DNA of 64,000 nucleotides from Actinomycetota bacterium (GTDB taxonomy: Bacteria > Actinomycetota > Coriobacteriia > Anaerosomatales > PHET01): NCBI GenBank assembly GCA_029265315.1, contig JAJUJM010000008.1:37777-101776 (forward strand), read 5' to 3'. This document shows positions 1-10,382 of the stretch, piece by piece. How positions within the stretch are numbered: position 1 is the first letter of the stretch; every line of letters begins with the position of its first letter. The notes under the pieces were generated by a model. It was not told where the DNA came from. It was given only the letters and a program-made list of their open reading frames with translations, and did not search any database. A program made the translations under genes and the position numbers.

Positions 1-2499
1 GCCATGGTCCTGAACGACGGCATGATCGCCGAGATGAAGACCGGTGAGGGAAAGACGCTCGTGTCGACCTTGGCCGGCTACCTCAACGCACTCGAGGGCA
101 AGGGCGTCCACGTCGTCACGGTCAACGACTACCTGGCCAAACGCGACAGCGAGTGGATGGGCCGCGCGTATGCGGCACTCGGCATGAGCGTGGGCCTCAT
201 ACAGGCCCAGATGGAGCCTCACAAGCGCGTCCCCGCCTACCAGGCCGACGTCACGTATGGAACGAACTCGGAGTTCGGCTTCGACTACCTCAGAGACAAC
301 ATGGTCGTCAGTCCGCGAGACCGCGTACAGCGTGGGCATCACTACGCCATCGTCGACGAGGTCGACTCGATTCTCATCGACGAGGCGCGCACGCCGCTCA
401 TCATCTCAGGCGCTGGCACCAAGTCCGCCGAGACGTACAAGGACTTCGCGAAGGTCGTGCCCCGCCTCCGGGAGGGGATCGACTTCGAGCTTGACGAGGC
501 CAAACGCACGATCGCGCCCACGGAGACCGGCATCAAGAAGGTCGAGCAGGCGCTGGGCATCGATGACATCTACCTCGACCCGTCCGGTCAGCTCGTCAAC
601 CATCTCCAGCAGGCGCTCAAGGCGCAGTTCCTCTTCAAGCGCGACGTGGACTACGTGGTCAAAGACGGTGAAGTGCTCATCGTGGACGAGTTCACCGGCC
701 GCCTGATGTACGGCCGCCGCTACTCAGAGGGTCTTCATCAGGCGCTGGAAGCCAAAGAGCGTGTCCATGTGCGCGAAGAGAACCAGACGCTCGCGACGAT
801 CACGCTGCAGAACTACTTCCGCATGTATGAGAAGCTGTCGGGCATGACGGGAACGGCCGTGACCGAGGACAAGGAGTTCCGCGAGATCTACAACCTACCG
901 GTGATGGTGATCCCGACCAACAAGCCGATGATCCGGGAAGACCGCAACGATCTCGTGTACCGGACGGTGGCCGCGAAGTTCGAGGCCGTCGTCAACGACA
1001 TCGTTGAGCGCCACAAGGCGGGTCAGCCCTGCCTCGTCGGCACGATCTCGATTGAGAACTCGGAGCGCCTGTCGCGGTTGCTCCAGAAGCGTGGCATCCC
1101 CCACAACGTGCTCAATGCGAAGTTCCACGAGCAGGAGGCCCACATCGTGGCGCAGGCCGGTCGCTTGGGCGCAGTGACGATCGCGACCAACATGGCAGGT
1201 CGCGGCACCGACATCATCCTGGGTGGCAATCCCGAGTTCCTGTGGGAGGACATCGTCCGGGAGCGCGGCATACAACCCGAGGAGGCTTCGGACGAGCAGC
1301 GCGCGGAAGCGCTCGCCGAGGCCAAACGCATCTGCGCCGCCGAGCACGAGAAGGTGGTCGCCGCAGGTGGGCTCGCCGTACTAGGCACCGAACGCCACGA
1401 GTCCCGCCGCATCGACAACCAGTTGCGCGGTCGCTCAGGCCGCCAAGGAGACCCGGGTGTCTCGCAGTTCTACCTGTCTCTTGAAGACGATCTCATGCGG
1501 CTGTTCGGCGGTGACCGCATGGACCGGATCTCCGCGTTCATGGCCAAGGCTGACATCCCCGATGACATGCCCATCCAGGCCGGCATGGTGAGCAAGGCGG
1601 TCGAAAGCGCACAGCGTCAGATCGAAGCGATGAACTTCGCTGCCAGGAAGCACGTCCTCGAGTACGACGACGTCATGAACAAGCAGCGCGAGGTCATCTA
1701 CGCGGAACGACAGCGGGTGCTCGATGGCAAGGACATCCACGAGCGTGTCGAGACGATGATGGCCGATGTGATCGCATCGAACGTTCTCACCTTCTGCCCG
1801 GAGCGGACCTACTCCGAGGACTGGGACTGGGAGACGCTCGGGCTGTGGTTCAACGATCTGACCGGTTTGGGCTCAGGACCTGTGGAGGCGGCGAAAGGCG
1901 AGATCGACAATCCACACGAACTTGCCGAGGCATTGGCTGAAGCGGCCTTGGAAGCGTATGCGCGCAAGGAGTCCGAGATCGGGCCTGAGCCGTTGCGTGA
2001 GCTTGAGCGCCACGTCATGTTGCGCATCATCGACGCTCGCTGGATGGAGCACCTCCAGGAGATGGACTACCTCAAGGAGGGCATCGGACTGAGGGCGATG
2101 GGTCAGCGCGACCCCAAGGTCGAGTACAAGAACGAGGCGTACGATATGTTCGCGGCCATGGTGCAGGGGATCAACGAGGACTTCCTGCGCACCATGATGC
2201 ATATGCAAGTGGCCTTCGAGCCGGAGCCCGAGCCGCTACCGCTGCTCGACAACGTGAGCTACTCGGCGCCGAGCGAGTCGTCGATCTTCACGAGCGCCGC
2301 GAGTGCGGCGGCCGCTGTGGGCGTCGATGCTCCCTCGCCTGACGCGATCGCTGCGGCAGCTGCCATCGCGGGGGGTGGCGCGAAGGCGACGACCGTTGTC
2401 AAAGACAAGGATGACCCTTGGGCCAACGTCGGCCGCAACGAGCCGTGCCCCTGCGGCAGCGGCAGGAAGTACAAGAAGTGCCACGGGGCGAACGCGTAG
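1..2499 (+). CDS. secA: Preprotein translocase ATPase SecA (5' end truncated by window edge)
   Basis: No start in window. First residues include the Walker A MKTGEGKT. Motor motif [20 protein letters not shown]-terminal zinc finger [14 protein letters not shown]. Stop at 2497-2499. Confidence 0.95.
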   Translation, partial: AMVLNDGMIAEMKTGEGKTLVSTLAGYLNALEGKGVHVVTVNDYLAKRDSEWMGRAYAALGMSVGLIQAQMEPHKRVPAYQADVTYGTNSEFGFDYLRDNMVVSPRDRVQRGHHYAIVDEVDSILIDEARTPLIISGAGTKSAETYKDFAKVVPRLREGIDFELDEAKRTIAPTETGIKKVEQALGIDDIYLDPSGQLVNHLQQALKAQFLFKRDVDYVVKDGEVLIVDEFTGRLMYGRRYSEGLHQALEAKERVHVREENQTLATITLQNYFRMYEKLSGMTGTAVTEDKEFREIYNLPVMVIPTNKPMIREDRNDLVYRTVAAKFEAVVNDIVERHKAGQPCLVGTISIENSERLSRLLQKRGIPHNVLNAKFHEQEAHIVAQAGRLGAVTIATNMAGRGTDIILGGNPEFLWEDIVRERGIQPEEASDEQRAEALAEAKRICAAEHEKVVAAGGLAVLGTERHESRRIDNQLRGRSGRQGDPGVSQFYLSLEDDLMRLFGGDRMDRISAFMAKADIPDDMPIQAGMVSKAVESAQRQIEAMNFAARKHVLEYDDVMNKQREVIYAERQRVLDGKDIHERVETMMADVIASNVLTFCPERTYSEDWDWETLGLWFNDLTGLGSGPVEAAKGEIDNPHELAEALAEAALEAYARKESEIGPEPLRELERHVMLRIIDARWMEHLQEMDYLKEGIGLRAMGQRDPKVEYKNEAYDMFAAMVQGINEDFLRTMMHMQVAFEPEPEPLPLLDNVSYSAPSESSIFTSAASAAAAVGVDAPSPDAIAAAAAIAGGGAKATTVVKDKDDPWANVGRNEPCPCGSGRKYKKCHGANA

Positions 2500-2512
2500 G
2501 ACGTACGACAAG

Positions 2513-3649
2513 ATGATCACCGACCACGCATCAGACATCCTGGCACTCAGAGACCGTGTGAACAGCATCGCCGAGTACCTGCACATCGAGGCGAAGCGTG
2601 GAGAGCTCGCCGCACTGGACGAGAAGGCGGCTGCACCGGGCTTCTGGGACGACCAGGCTGCAGCGCAGGCGCACATGGCCCAGGCGGCCGGGCTTCGCGA
2701 CGAGATCGAGACCTACGAATCGGTGGTGAGTCTGCTCGACGACGCTGAGGTGGCCAACGAGCTCGCCCTCAGCGAGGAGGATGAGGACCTCGCGGCGGAA
2801 GTCACTTCGATGCTCGCTGAGGCTCAGTCGCGCGTCGATGGCCTTGAGGTCGGCAGCTGGTTCACCGGCGAGTTCGACCATGGCGATGCGATCGTCACCA
2901 TCACGCCTGGTCAGGGTGGGCTCGAGGCGCAGGACTGGGCCGAGATGCTCCTGCGCATGTACACGAAGTACTGTGAACGCAAGAGGTGGAAGCTCGACCT
3001 CCACGACGCCCCCGCGGGTGTCGAGCTGGGCATCGACCGCGCCGTGTTCACGGTGCACGGACGCAACGCGTACGGCATGCTGCTCTCCGAGATGGGCGTT
3101 CACCGGCTGGTGCGCATCAGCCCCACTGACGAGAAGAAGCGCCGGCAGACGACGTTCGCCGGTGTCGAGGTCCTGCCTGTCCTGCCGGACGACGTCGAGG
3201 TCGAGATCAGGGAAGAGGACCTGCGTATCGACGTCTACCGCTCCAGCGGTCCCGGTGGACAGTCCGTGAACACGACCGACTCCGCCGTGCGGATCACCCA
3301 CCTGCCCACGGGTCTCGTGGTCACATGTCAGAACGAGAAGTCCCAGCACAAGAACAAGGAAGCCGCGATGCTCATCCTGCGTTCGCGTCTGTACGAGATC
3401 GAGCGCGAGAAGCGCGAGGCCGAGCTCGATGAACTCCGTGGGCCGAAGCGTGAGATCACGTTCGGCAGCCAGATCCGCAACTACGTGCTGTACCCATACC
3501 AGATGGTAAAGGACGTTCGGACGGGAATCGAGACCGGCAACGTCGACGCGGTGCTTGACGGAGACATCGAGCAGTTCGTCGTCGGCTACCACCGCTGGAG
3601 GGTCCACCAGGAGCAGGCCGACGCGGTCGGCGCTGCATCGCGAGAGTAG
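2513..3649 (+). CDS. prfB: Peptide chain release factor 2, uninterrupted (no +1 frameshift)
   Basis: ATG 2513 lies in frame within track ORF 2303-3649. N-terminal FWDD, RF2-type HRLVRISPTD region, GGQ loop SSGPGGQSVNTTDSAVRITHLPTG. The ORF upstream of 2513 overlaps the secA 3' end and is not coding. Confidence 0.9.
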   Translation: MITDHASDILALRDRVNSIAEYLHIEAKRGELAALDEKAAAPGFWDDQAAAQAHMAQAAGLRDEIETYESVVSLLDDAEVANELALSEEDEDLAAEVTSMLAEAQSRVDGLEVGSWFTGEFDHGDAIVTITPGQGGLEAQDWAEMLLRMYTKYCERKRWKLDLHDAPAGVELGIDRAVFTVHGRNAYGMLLSEMGVHRLVRISPTDEKKRRQTTFAGVEVLPVLPDDVEVEIREEDLRIDVYRSSGPGGQSVNTTDSAVRITHLPTGLVVTCQNEKSQHKNKEAAMLILRSRLYEIEREKREAELDELRGPKREITFGSQIRNYVLYPYQMVKDVRTGIETGNVDAVLDGDIEQFVVGYHRWRVHQEQADAVGAASRE

Positions 3650-3654
3650 TCATC

Positions 3655-4458
3655 GTGCGGCTGCTCGCCGACCTGCACACGCACACGATCGCCTCGGGCC
3701 ACGCCTACTCGACCTACACCGAGCTCGCCCAGGCCGCACGGGCCAAGGGACTCCAACTCATCGCGGTCACGGACCACGGTCCGTCGGTGCCCCAGGGCGC
3801 GCACCCATGGTACTTCTGGAACGCGAAGGCGGTTCCCAGCGTGCTGGACGGCGTTCGCATCCTCAAGGGATGCGAAGCGAATCCGGCACTCGACACCGAA
3901 AACGGCATCGACCTTCCCGACGAGCTGCTCCGCCTGCTCGATATCGTGGCGGTGGGGTTCCATCCGCTCACCGGTTTCGACGATCGCGATCGTGCGAAGA
4001 ACACCGAGGCGCTGCTTCGCGTCATCGCCAACCCGTACGTCGACATGATCACGCATCCAGGTAACGAGCATGAGTTCCCACTCGACCTCGAAGCGGTGGT
4101 GGACGCCGCTGCGACGCACAACGTGATACTCGAGCTCAATGACCACTCCTTCGCACCGACGAGCGCGCGTTCGGGCAGCTGCGCCCGTGAGCGCGAGTTC
4201 GCTGAGGCGTCACTGGCGGCAGGGGTTCCCTTGGCGGTGGGTTCTGACGCGCACTATGCGCTCGCGGTGGGTCGTTTCGACGCAGCGTGCGCCGTTGCTG
4301 AGGAGATCGGCATCGGTCCCGAGCGCCTCGTCAACCGCGATGCCCGGACCGTCCTCGACCATCTCCAGTCCAAGCGTGAGCGACCGCGACTGGACGTAGG
4401 CGGGGAGTGGAGCTGGCCGCGCGACGACGCCGGCCGCCTTCCGGAAGGCGAGGTGTGA
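3655..4458 (+). CDS. PHP-domain metal-dependent phosphoesterase (YcdX-like)
   Basis: GTG start. N-terminal DLHTHTIASGHA and VTDHGP histidine motifs typical of the PHP family. Confidence 0.75.
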   Translation: MRLLADLHTHTIASGHAYSTYTELAQAARAKGLQLIAVTDHGPSVPQGAHPWYFWNAKAVPSVLDGVRILKGCEANPALDTENGIDLPDELLRLLDIVAVGFHPLTGFDDRDRAKNTEALLRVIANPYVDMITHPGNEHEFPLDLEAVVDAAATHNVILELNDHSFAPTSARSGSCAREREFAEASLAAGVPLAVGSDAHYALAVGRFDAACAVAEEIGIGPERLVNRDARTVLDHLQSKRERPRLDVGGEWSWPRDDAGRLPEGEV

Positions 4459-4463
4459 GCAAG

Positions 4464-5360
4464 ATGGTGACTCGCACGCTGAGCCCGGTCCGAGTCTTGA
4501 AGGCCCGACCAGTGCGCGACTATGCGCTCATGACCGCGGGACTCGCGCTGACAGCCTTCGGTCTTGATGCCTTTCTCATCCCGAACCGGATCGCGGCTGG
4601 CGGTGTCTCGGGCCTGGCCACGGTCATCTACTACACGTTGCGCGAACTGGCGCGCTTCGACCTCAGCATCGCGCTGCAGGTGTTCCTCATGAACGCCGTC
4701 CTGCTCGTCGTCGCGGCGAGCCAGCGCGGCCTCACGTATGTGGCGAAGACCATCTACGGCATCATCGGCCTATCACTGTTCATCGAGCTGTTCGCCCGCT
4801 TCAACCCCATCGTGGGCTCCGAGGACCTGCTGCTCGCCGCCCTGTACGGCGGGGCGATCTCCGGCCTGGGTGTGGGGCTCGTCTTCAAAGCGGGGGGGAA
4901 CACAGGAGGCACGGACATCGTGGCTCAGCTGCTCTCGCGGCGGTTCCCGTTGGGCGTGGGCCAGATCATGTTGGCCGTCGACGCCGCCGTGACGCTGCTC
5001 GCGGCGATCGCGTTCGGACCCGTGCTGGCCATGTACGGGGCCGTGGCGATCTTCGTCGGGTCAGCGACCATCGACGTGGTCCTCGAAGGCATCTCCGTGG
5101 AGAAGGCCGTGTTCATCATCAGCGACGAGCACGATTCGATCGCGCAGGCAGTCGTTCACGAGATGGGACGGGGGGCGACTTCGCTCCAAGCCACAGGGGT
5201 CTGGACCGGCGAGGAGCGCAAGATGCTCTTCGTCGTGCTGTCACGAAACGAGATCGACTCTCTCAAACGCGTCGTGGCCACGATCGACCCGACTGCTATG
5301 GTGGTCATCAGCGACGTGCACGAGACCATCGGTGAGGGATTCAAGAGCATGCCCGGGTGA
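4464..5360 (+). CDS. YitT-family integral membrane protein (C-terminal DUF2179-like domain)
   Basis: ATG 4464 inside track ORF 4407-5360. Multiple TM helices. Motifs GGVSGLATVIYY and GGNTGGTDI. Soluble C-terminal domain. Confidence 0.7.
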   Translation: MVTRTLSPVRVLKARPVRDYALMTAGLALTAFGLDAFLIPNRIAAGGVSGLATVIYYTLRELARFDLSIALQVFLMNAVLLVVAASQRGLTYVAKTIYGIIGLSLFIELFARFNPIVGSEDLLLAALYGGAISGLGVGLVFKAGGNTGGTDIVAQLLSRRFPLGVGQIMLAVDAAVTLLAAIAFGPVLAMYGAVAIFVGSATIDVVLEGISVEKAVFIISDEHDSIAQAVVHEMGRGATSLQATGVWTGEERKMLFVVLSRNEIDSLKRVVATIDPTAMVVISDVHETIGEGFKSMPG

Positions 5361-5499
5361 CGACAGGAGCCGAAGTGCGACGGACGCGCGCACCAAGCGC
5401 GAGTCGAAGCCGCGTGGGACGACGACGGATTCGACGCGAACGCATGGGCGGTGGCTCGTGCGGTCGAACGCGGGCGCCGGTGGCCGCCCGTCGCGCTAG

Positions 5500-5508
5500 T
5501 GCTATCCT
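5500..5508 (+). promoter_or_regulatory. Candidate extended -10 promoter (TGCTATCCT) for the transketolase operon
   Basis: TGn plus a TATCCT-like hexamer 46 nt upstream of ATG 5554. Confidence 0.25.
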
Positions 5509-5553
5509 TTGCGACGCTCGTCTTCAGACCGTCAGGCGATAGGAGTCGTACCA

Positions 5554-6393
5554 ATGTTCGATGCCAGCGTAGTCGCGTCCAAGGCCGCACGGATGCGCCG
5601 CGACATCGTCGAGATGATCGCCGCAGCGGGCAGCGGTCACCCCGGTGGCTCGCTATCGGCCGCGGACATCGTGGCGACGCTGTACTTCGGCGGGGTGTTG
5701 CGTCACGACCCCGCGAATCCTGAGTGGCCTGAGCGCGACAGGTTCGTGCTGTCGAAAGGCCACGCGGCGCCCGTGCTCTACGCGGCGCTTGCAGAGGCAG
5801 GCTATTTCGGCCGTGACCATCTGGCGACGCTGCGCAAGCTGGGTTCGATCCTGCAGGGCCACCCGGACAGCAAGAAGACGCCGGGTGTGGAGGTATCGAC
5901 CGGTTCTCTCGGGCAGGGGCTCTCGATAGCGGCGGGTCTTGCCGCCGGCCTTCGTCAGAATCCCGATGACGACCGCGCCGTGTTCTGTCTCCTCGGCGAC
6001 GGCGAGCTGCAAGAGGGCCAGGTCTGGGAAGCCGCGATGTTCGCTGCTCACCACGGGTTGGGAAACCTTGTCGCGATAGTCGATGACAACGGACTGCAGA
6101 TCGATGGGGCGTGTAGCGAGGTCATGTGTCTCGGGCACATCGCGGCGAAGTTCGTCGCATTCGGCTGGAAGGCGGCTGAGGTGGACGGTCACGACATTCC
6201 GGCACTGCACGACGCTCTTGCAGCCGCGAAGTCCCACTCGGAAGGCCCGACGGTCGTCGTGGCGCATACGATCAAGGGCAAGGGCGTTTCGTTCATGGAG
6301 AACGAGGCTGGCTGGCACGGTAAGGCCCCCAGTGCTGACGAGCTGGCGACGGCACTTGCGGAACTCGCGTTGTCGGAAGGCGGTGTGCGATGA
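5554..6393 (+). CDS. Transketolase, N-terminal (TPP-binding) subunit of a split enzyme
   Basis: ATG 5554 preceded by AGGAG. Motifs GSGHPGGSLS and GDGELQEGQVWEA. ATGA overlap with the next gene. Confidence 0.85.
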   Translation: MFDASVVASKAARMRRDIVEMIAAAGSGHPGGSLSAADIVATLYFGGVLRHDPANPEWPERDRFVLSKGHAAPVLYAALAEAGYFGRDHLATLRKLGSILQGHPDSKKTPGVEVSTGSLGQGLSIAAGLAAGLRQNPDDDRAVFCLLGDGELQEGQVWEAAMFAAHHGLGNLVAIVDDNGLQIDGACSEVMCLGHIAAKFVAFGWKAAEVDGHDIPALHDALAAAKSHSEGPTVVVAHTIKGKGVSFMENEAGWHGKAPSADELATALAELALSEGGVR

Positions 6394-7319
6394 GCCCGAA
6401 GGCGACGCGTGAAGCGTTCGGAGAGACCCTCGTCGAACTCGCCCGTGAGGGTGTTGACGTGGTGGCCGTCGAAGCCGACCTGTCCAAGTCGACGACCACC
6501 GCCAAGTTCGGCGACGCCTATCCTGAGCGCTTCTTCAACGTCGGCATCGCCGAGCAGAACATGATCGACGTGGCGGCAGGGCTGGCGGTGGCAGGCAGGG
6601 TGGCGTTCACCGGTTCGTTCGCGGTCTTCGCCACGGGTCGTGCCTATGACCAGGTGCGGAACACGGTGTGCTACTCCGGTCTTGACGTGAAGCTCGCGCC
6701 GACGCACTCCGGCATCACGGTCGGACCCGATGGTGGCAGCCACCAGATGATCGAGGACCTGGCGCTCATGCGGGTACTGCCGGGCATGCGTGTTCTGGTT
6801 CCGGCCGACTTCGCTGCGGCCAAGTCCGCGCTGCGGGCGGCCGCCGCGACGCCCGGTCCCTTCTACGTCCGGCTGGGCCGCTCGAGCTTCGCCGACGTGT
6901 ACGACGCCGACTTCGTCTTCGAGGTCGGAAGGGCCTACGTGTTGCGCGAAGGAAGCGATGTCACGCTCGCGGCGTGCGGCATCATGGTCGCGGAGGCGCT
7001 GAAAGCGGCTGACATCCTCGCCGAGGCGAACGTTTCCGCGGAGGTCATCGACGTGGCGAGCGTCAAGCCGCTCGATGTCGACACGCTCGTCGCGAGCGTG
7101 GCCAAGACGGGGCGCATCGTCACCTGCGAGGAGCACTCCGTCCTGGGGGGCATGGGTTCGGCGGTCTCAGAGGTCCTGTCTGAGGCGTGCCCGGTGCCCA
7201 CGCGGCGCATCGGCGTGGCTGATGTGTTCGGCACGAGCGGCGAGCCCGCCGAGCTCATGGAGCACTTCGGACTCACGGCAAGGCACATCGTCGAGGCTGC
7301 GACCGAACTCGTTCGCTGA
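6390..7319 (+). CDS. Transketolase, C-terminal (pyrimidine-binding) subunit
   Basis: Start overlaps the stop of the upstream subunit (ATGA). Motifs [10 protein letters not shown] and GPDGGSHQ. Confidence 0.85.
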   Translation: MSPKATREAFGETLVELAREGVDVVAVEADLSKSTTTAKFGDAYPERFFNVGIAEQNMIDVAAGLAVAGRVAFTGSFAVFATGRAYDQVRNTVCYSGLDVKLAPTHSGITVGPDGGSHQMIEDLALMRVLPGMRVLVPADFAAAKSALRAAAATPGPFYVRLGRSSFADVYDADFVFEVGRAYVLREGSDVTLAACGIMVAEALKAADILAEANVSAEVIDVASVKPLDVDTLVASVAKTGRIVTCEEHSVLGGMGSAVSEVLSEACPVPTRRIGVADVFGTSGEPAELMEHFGLTARHIVEAATELVR

Positions 7320-7383
7320 GTGTGGGGTTCGAGCGAATCCATAGCCTCTCCACGGCCGAAAACCGTCCCGCCATGGGTTCCTT

Positions 7384-7392
7384 TGCTAGAAT
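7384..7392 (+). promoter_or_regulatory. Candidate extended -10 promoter TGCTAGAAT upstream of ftsE
   Basis: TTTGCTAGAATCGC, nearly identical to the motif upstream of valS. Lies 38 nt before TTG 7430. Confidence 0.35.
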
Positions 7393-7429
7393 CGCACGCG
7401 GGAATCGACGCCATGAAACGGAGCATCCC

Positions 7430-8194
7430 TTGAGCGAACCCACAGGCGCGCCGAGCGTCGCGAGACCGGCCCCCGAGGCCGCCGCACCTGTCCGCACCGG
7501 CCCTTCGATGATCAGCATGAGGGGCGTGTCGAAGTTCTACGTGGCCGATAAGCCGGCCCTCGTGGACGTCGACGTCGACATCAAGGCCGGTGAGTTCGTC
7601 TTCATCGTGGGCCACTCGGGCTCTGGCAAGTCGACCTTCATCCGGCTGCTGCTTCGCGAGCTCATGCCCACGCGCGGTCAGATCGTCGTCGCCGGCCAGG
7701 ACCTGGTCAAGCTCAAGAACTGGAAGGTGCCGTACCTGCGCCGCAACATAGGGTGCGTGTTCCAGGACTTCAAGCTCCTGCCCAACAAGACCTCGTTCGA
7801 GAACGTCGCGTTCGCGCTCGAGGTCATCGGCAAGTCCAGGCACGTCATCCGTACGCAGGTGCCTGAGGTGCTCAGGCTCGTGGGTCTTGAGGACAAGATC
7901 GACAGCTATCCGGACGAGCTGTCCGGAGGCGAACAGCAGCGGGTCTCGATCGCACGCGCCTTCGTGAACAGGCCGCCGCTTCTTCTGTGTGACGAGCCGA
8001 CAGGCAACCTCGACCCGCAGACGTCGCTCGGTATCATGAAGCTGCTCGAACGCATCAACAAGACGGGCACGACGGTGCTCGTCGCCACTCACGACCGTGA
8101 GATGGTCGACAACATGCGCAGACGAGTCATCGCCCTCGAGGGCGGCCGCATCATCCGCGACCAGGACCGAGGGGTGTACGGCTATGTCGATTAA
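7430..8194 (+). CDS. ftsE: Cell-division ABC ATPase FtsE
   Basis: Walker [10 protein letters not shown], signature LSGGEQQRV, Walker [10 protein letters not shown]. Start uncertain: TTG 7430 has a GGAG 6 nt upstream, and ATG 7508 (MISMRGV) is the alternative. Confidence 0.85.
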   Translation: MSEPTGAPSVARPAPEAAAPVRTGPSMISMRGVSKFYVADKPALVDVDVDIKAGEFVFIVGHSGSGKSTFIRLLLRELMPTRGQIVVAGQDLVKLKNWKVPYLRRNIGCVFQDFKLLPNKTSFENVAFALEVIGKSRHVIRTQVPEVLRLVGLEDKIDSYPDELSGGEQQRVSIARAFVNRPPLLLCDEPTGNLDPQTSLGIMKLLERINKTGTTVLVATHDREMVDNMRRRVIALEGGRIIRDQDRGVYGYVD

Positions 8195-9098
8195 CGTCGG
8201 GTACTTCGTACGCGAGTCAGTACAGAACTTCCGGCGCAACTGGGTGATGAGCCTGGGCGCCGTGATCACGATCTACCTGTCGCTGCTGCTCGTGGGCATC
8301 TTCATCGCCACCGGCTTCGTCGTGAACAGCATCGTCGCCGACGTCGAGAGCAAGGTCACCATCCAGATCTTCCTCAAAGACGGGGCGGCCACTGAGGACG
8401 TCAACGCGCTGCAACAGCAGATACTGAACGACCCGCTCGTCGACGGAGTGGACTACACGAGCAAGGACGAGGCGCTGAAGAAGTTCAAGGAGGACATGAA
8501 GCAGTCGCCTGAGATCATCGACCAGCTCGAGGGAAACCCGCTTCCCGCCTCGTTGGACGTGACGCTCAAAGACCCGCGCACCGTCGAGCAGATGGTCACC
8601 AAGATCAAGGCGAATCCGCTGTTCGCAAAGGTCGCGGACAGACCCGATGACCCTGAGAAGTCCCTGAAGTACGGGCAGCAGATCGTGCAGCGGCTGTTCG
8701 CCTTCACGCGGGTGGTCCGCATCATCGAGATCGTGTTCGTCGCGATGCTGGGCGTCGTGAGCCTGATCTTCATCAACAACACCATCCGGCTCGCCATCTA
8801 CGCGCGCCGCAAGGAGATCGGCATCATGCGACTGGTGGGGGCGAGCAACTGGTTCATCCGTACGCCGTTCCTGCTTGAAGGTGTGTTGCAGGCGATGATT
8901 GGCGCGACCCTCGCTATCCTGTCCGTCATCGGTCTGCAGGCCGCCATCATCCCCAAGCTTCGCGAGGCGCTGCCGTGGCTCGCGGTCCAGCTCTCGGGGT
9001 CGGCGACGGCTCAGATCGCGTTGTGGCTCATCGTAGGCGGCATCATCATCGGTGTCGCCGGGTCGTGGCTCGCGATGACCCGGTACCTCAAGGTCTGA
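8184..9098 (+). CDS. ftsX: Cell-division permease-like protein FtsX
   Basis: ATG 8184 overlaps the ftsE 3' end. N-terminal [14 protein letters not shown] helix, extracellular domain, three C-terminal TM helices. Conserved ftsEX pairing. Confidence 0.85.
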   Translation: MSINVGYFVRESVQNFRRNWVMSLGAVITIYLSLLLVGIFIATGFVVNSIVADVESKVTIQIFLKDGAATEDVNALQQQILNDPLVDGVDYTSKDEALKKFKEDMKQSPEIIDQLEGNPLPASLDVTLKDPRTVEQMVTKIKANPLFAKVADRPDDPEKSLKYGQQIVQRLFAFTRVVRIIEIVFVAMLGVVSLIFINNTIRLAIYARRKEIGIMRLVGASNWFIRTPFLLEGVLQAMIGATLAILSVIGLQAAIIPKLREALPWLAVQLSGSATAQIALWLIVGGIIIGVAGSWLAMTRYLKV

Positions 9099-9142
9099 GT
9101 CCGCGCACCGACCTCACGCACCGGAAGAAGGCTTCAGCTCGC

Positions 9143-10345
9143 ATGAATACCGTTTTGAAGGCGCTGGTCGCGGTCAGTCTCGCCATCATCCTCGCGGCCG
9201 GGGGATTCGTCGGTGGCTTCGCGTTCGCGAAATTCGGTCCCACGCGGCTTGATCTTCCGCCGGCCACCGCGCAAGAGGACCCCGCGCTCACCGACCACGT
9301 CATGGAGGTCTACGACCTGCTTCAGGGCCAGGCGCTCGAACCACCGAGCGAGACGTCGGCAACTGCGGGCGCGATCCAGGGTCTACTCGAGAGTGGGGGC
9401 GACAAGTACGGCCTGTACTTCGATCCGCGGCACTTCGAGTACTTCAACCAGGAGATGTCCGGAGAGTTCGGCGGCATAGGTGTCACGCTCGGCGAACAGG
9501 ATGGCACGACGTACGTCGTCGAGGTGTTCAAGGACACGCCGGCCCAGCGCGGAGGACTCAAGACGGGGGACCGCTTCCTCGTCATCGACGGGGTCAGGCG
9601 TGAGAAGTGGGCGACCGACGAGGTCGTCAAGCGGGTCCGTGGCAAGGAGGGCACCAAGGTCAAGCTCACCATGCTCAGGCCGGGGAAGAAGGGCGTGCCC
9701 GGCAAGGAGTACTCTGTCGAGCTCACGCGCGCCATCATCACCTTCCCCAACCTGACGAGCGAGATGAAAGGTGACGTAGGCTACATCCGTCTCGCGCAAT
9801 TCAACGACAACGCGACCGTCGAGATCTCGAAGGCGATTGACGAGCTGACGAAGAAGGGCGCGAAGGCGTTCGTGCTGGACCTGCGCGACAATCCGGGCGG
9901 CGCGCTGGGGCAGGCGGTGAGCGTCTCGTCACTGTTCGTGGACGGGGGCGTCATCGTCCGGGTCGCCGAACGTGGAAAGCCTGAGGTCGAGCACCACACG
10001 GTGGGCAAGAAGATCACGGACGCCCCGCTCGTCGTGCTGATCAACGAGAACTCCGCTTCCGCAAGCGAGATCGTGGCGGGTGCGCTGCAGGACTACAAGC
10101 GCGCCGTCCTCATGGGAGAGCAGAGTTTCGGCAAGGGGAGCGTGCAGACGGTCAAGCGGCTCTCGTTCGGCGGCGCGGTCAAGTTCACGACCGCGCACTA
10201 CCTCACCCCGAAGCGCAGGGCGATCGACGGCGTCGGGCTCAAGCCCGATGTCGTCGTGAAGATGGACGTGGAAGACGAGATGGACCCAGACAAGGACGTC
10301 CAGCTCAAGCGTGCCGTCGAGGAAGCCAGGAAGCTCGCGCGTTAG
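9143..10345 (+). CDS. S41 carboxy-terminal processing peptidase with PDZ domain, N-terminal membrane anchor
   Basis: ATG 9143 inside track ORF 8975-10345. PDZ region GIGVTL...GDRFLVIDG. S41 catalytic region DLRDNPGGAL and NENSASASEI. Confidence 0.8.
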   Translation: MNTVLKALVAVSLAIILAAGGFVGGFAFAKFGPTRLDLPPATAQEDPALTDHVMEVYDLLQGQALEPPSETSATAGAIQGLLESGGDKYGLYFDPRHFEYFNQEMSGEFGGIGVTLGEQDGTTYVVEVFKDTPAQRGGLKTGDRFLVIDGVRREKWATDEVVKRVRGKEGTKVKLTMLRPGKKGVPGKEYSVELTRAIITFPNLTSEMKGDVGYIRLAQFNDNATVEISKAIDELTKKGAKAFVLDLRDNPGGALGQAVSVSSLFVDGGVIVRVAERGKPEVEHHTVGKKITDAPLVVLINENSASASEIVAGALQDYKRAVLMGEQSFGKGSVQTVKRLSFGGAVKFTTAHYLTPKRRAIDGVGLKPDVVVKMDVEDEMDPDKDVQLKRAVEEARKLAR

Positions 10346-10382
10346 TCCTCGCCGCGCCGGAGAGCTCGCGCGTCAGTCCTCG
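10332..10382. repeat. 20-nt imperfect direct repeat (19/20) spaced 31 bp at convergent gene ends
   Basis: AGCTCGCGCGTTAGTCCTCG (10332-10351) and AGCTCGCGCGTCAGTCCTCG (10363-10382). Copy 1 carries the + strand TAG stop of the S41 peptidase. Copy 2 carries the - strand TGA stop of the acidic-tail ORF. Confidence 0.7.

Noticed and set aside
2303-2512. N-terminal extension of prfB, and a possible +1 frameshift site
   Set aside because: The extension overlaps the secA 3' end in another frame. RF2 homology begins at ATG 2513. No in-frame TGA or CUU-UGA-C shift cassette is present, so the gene is simply unshifted.
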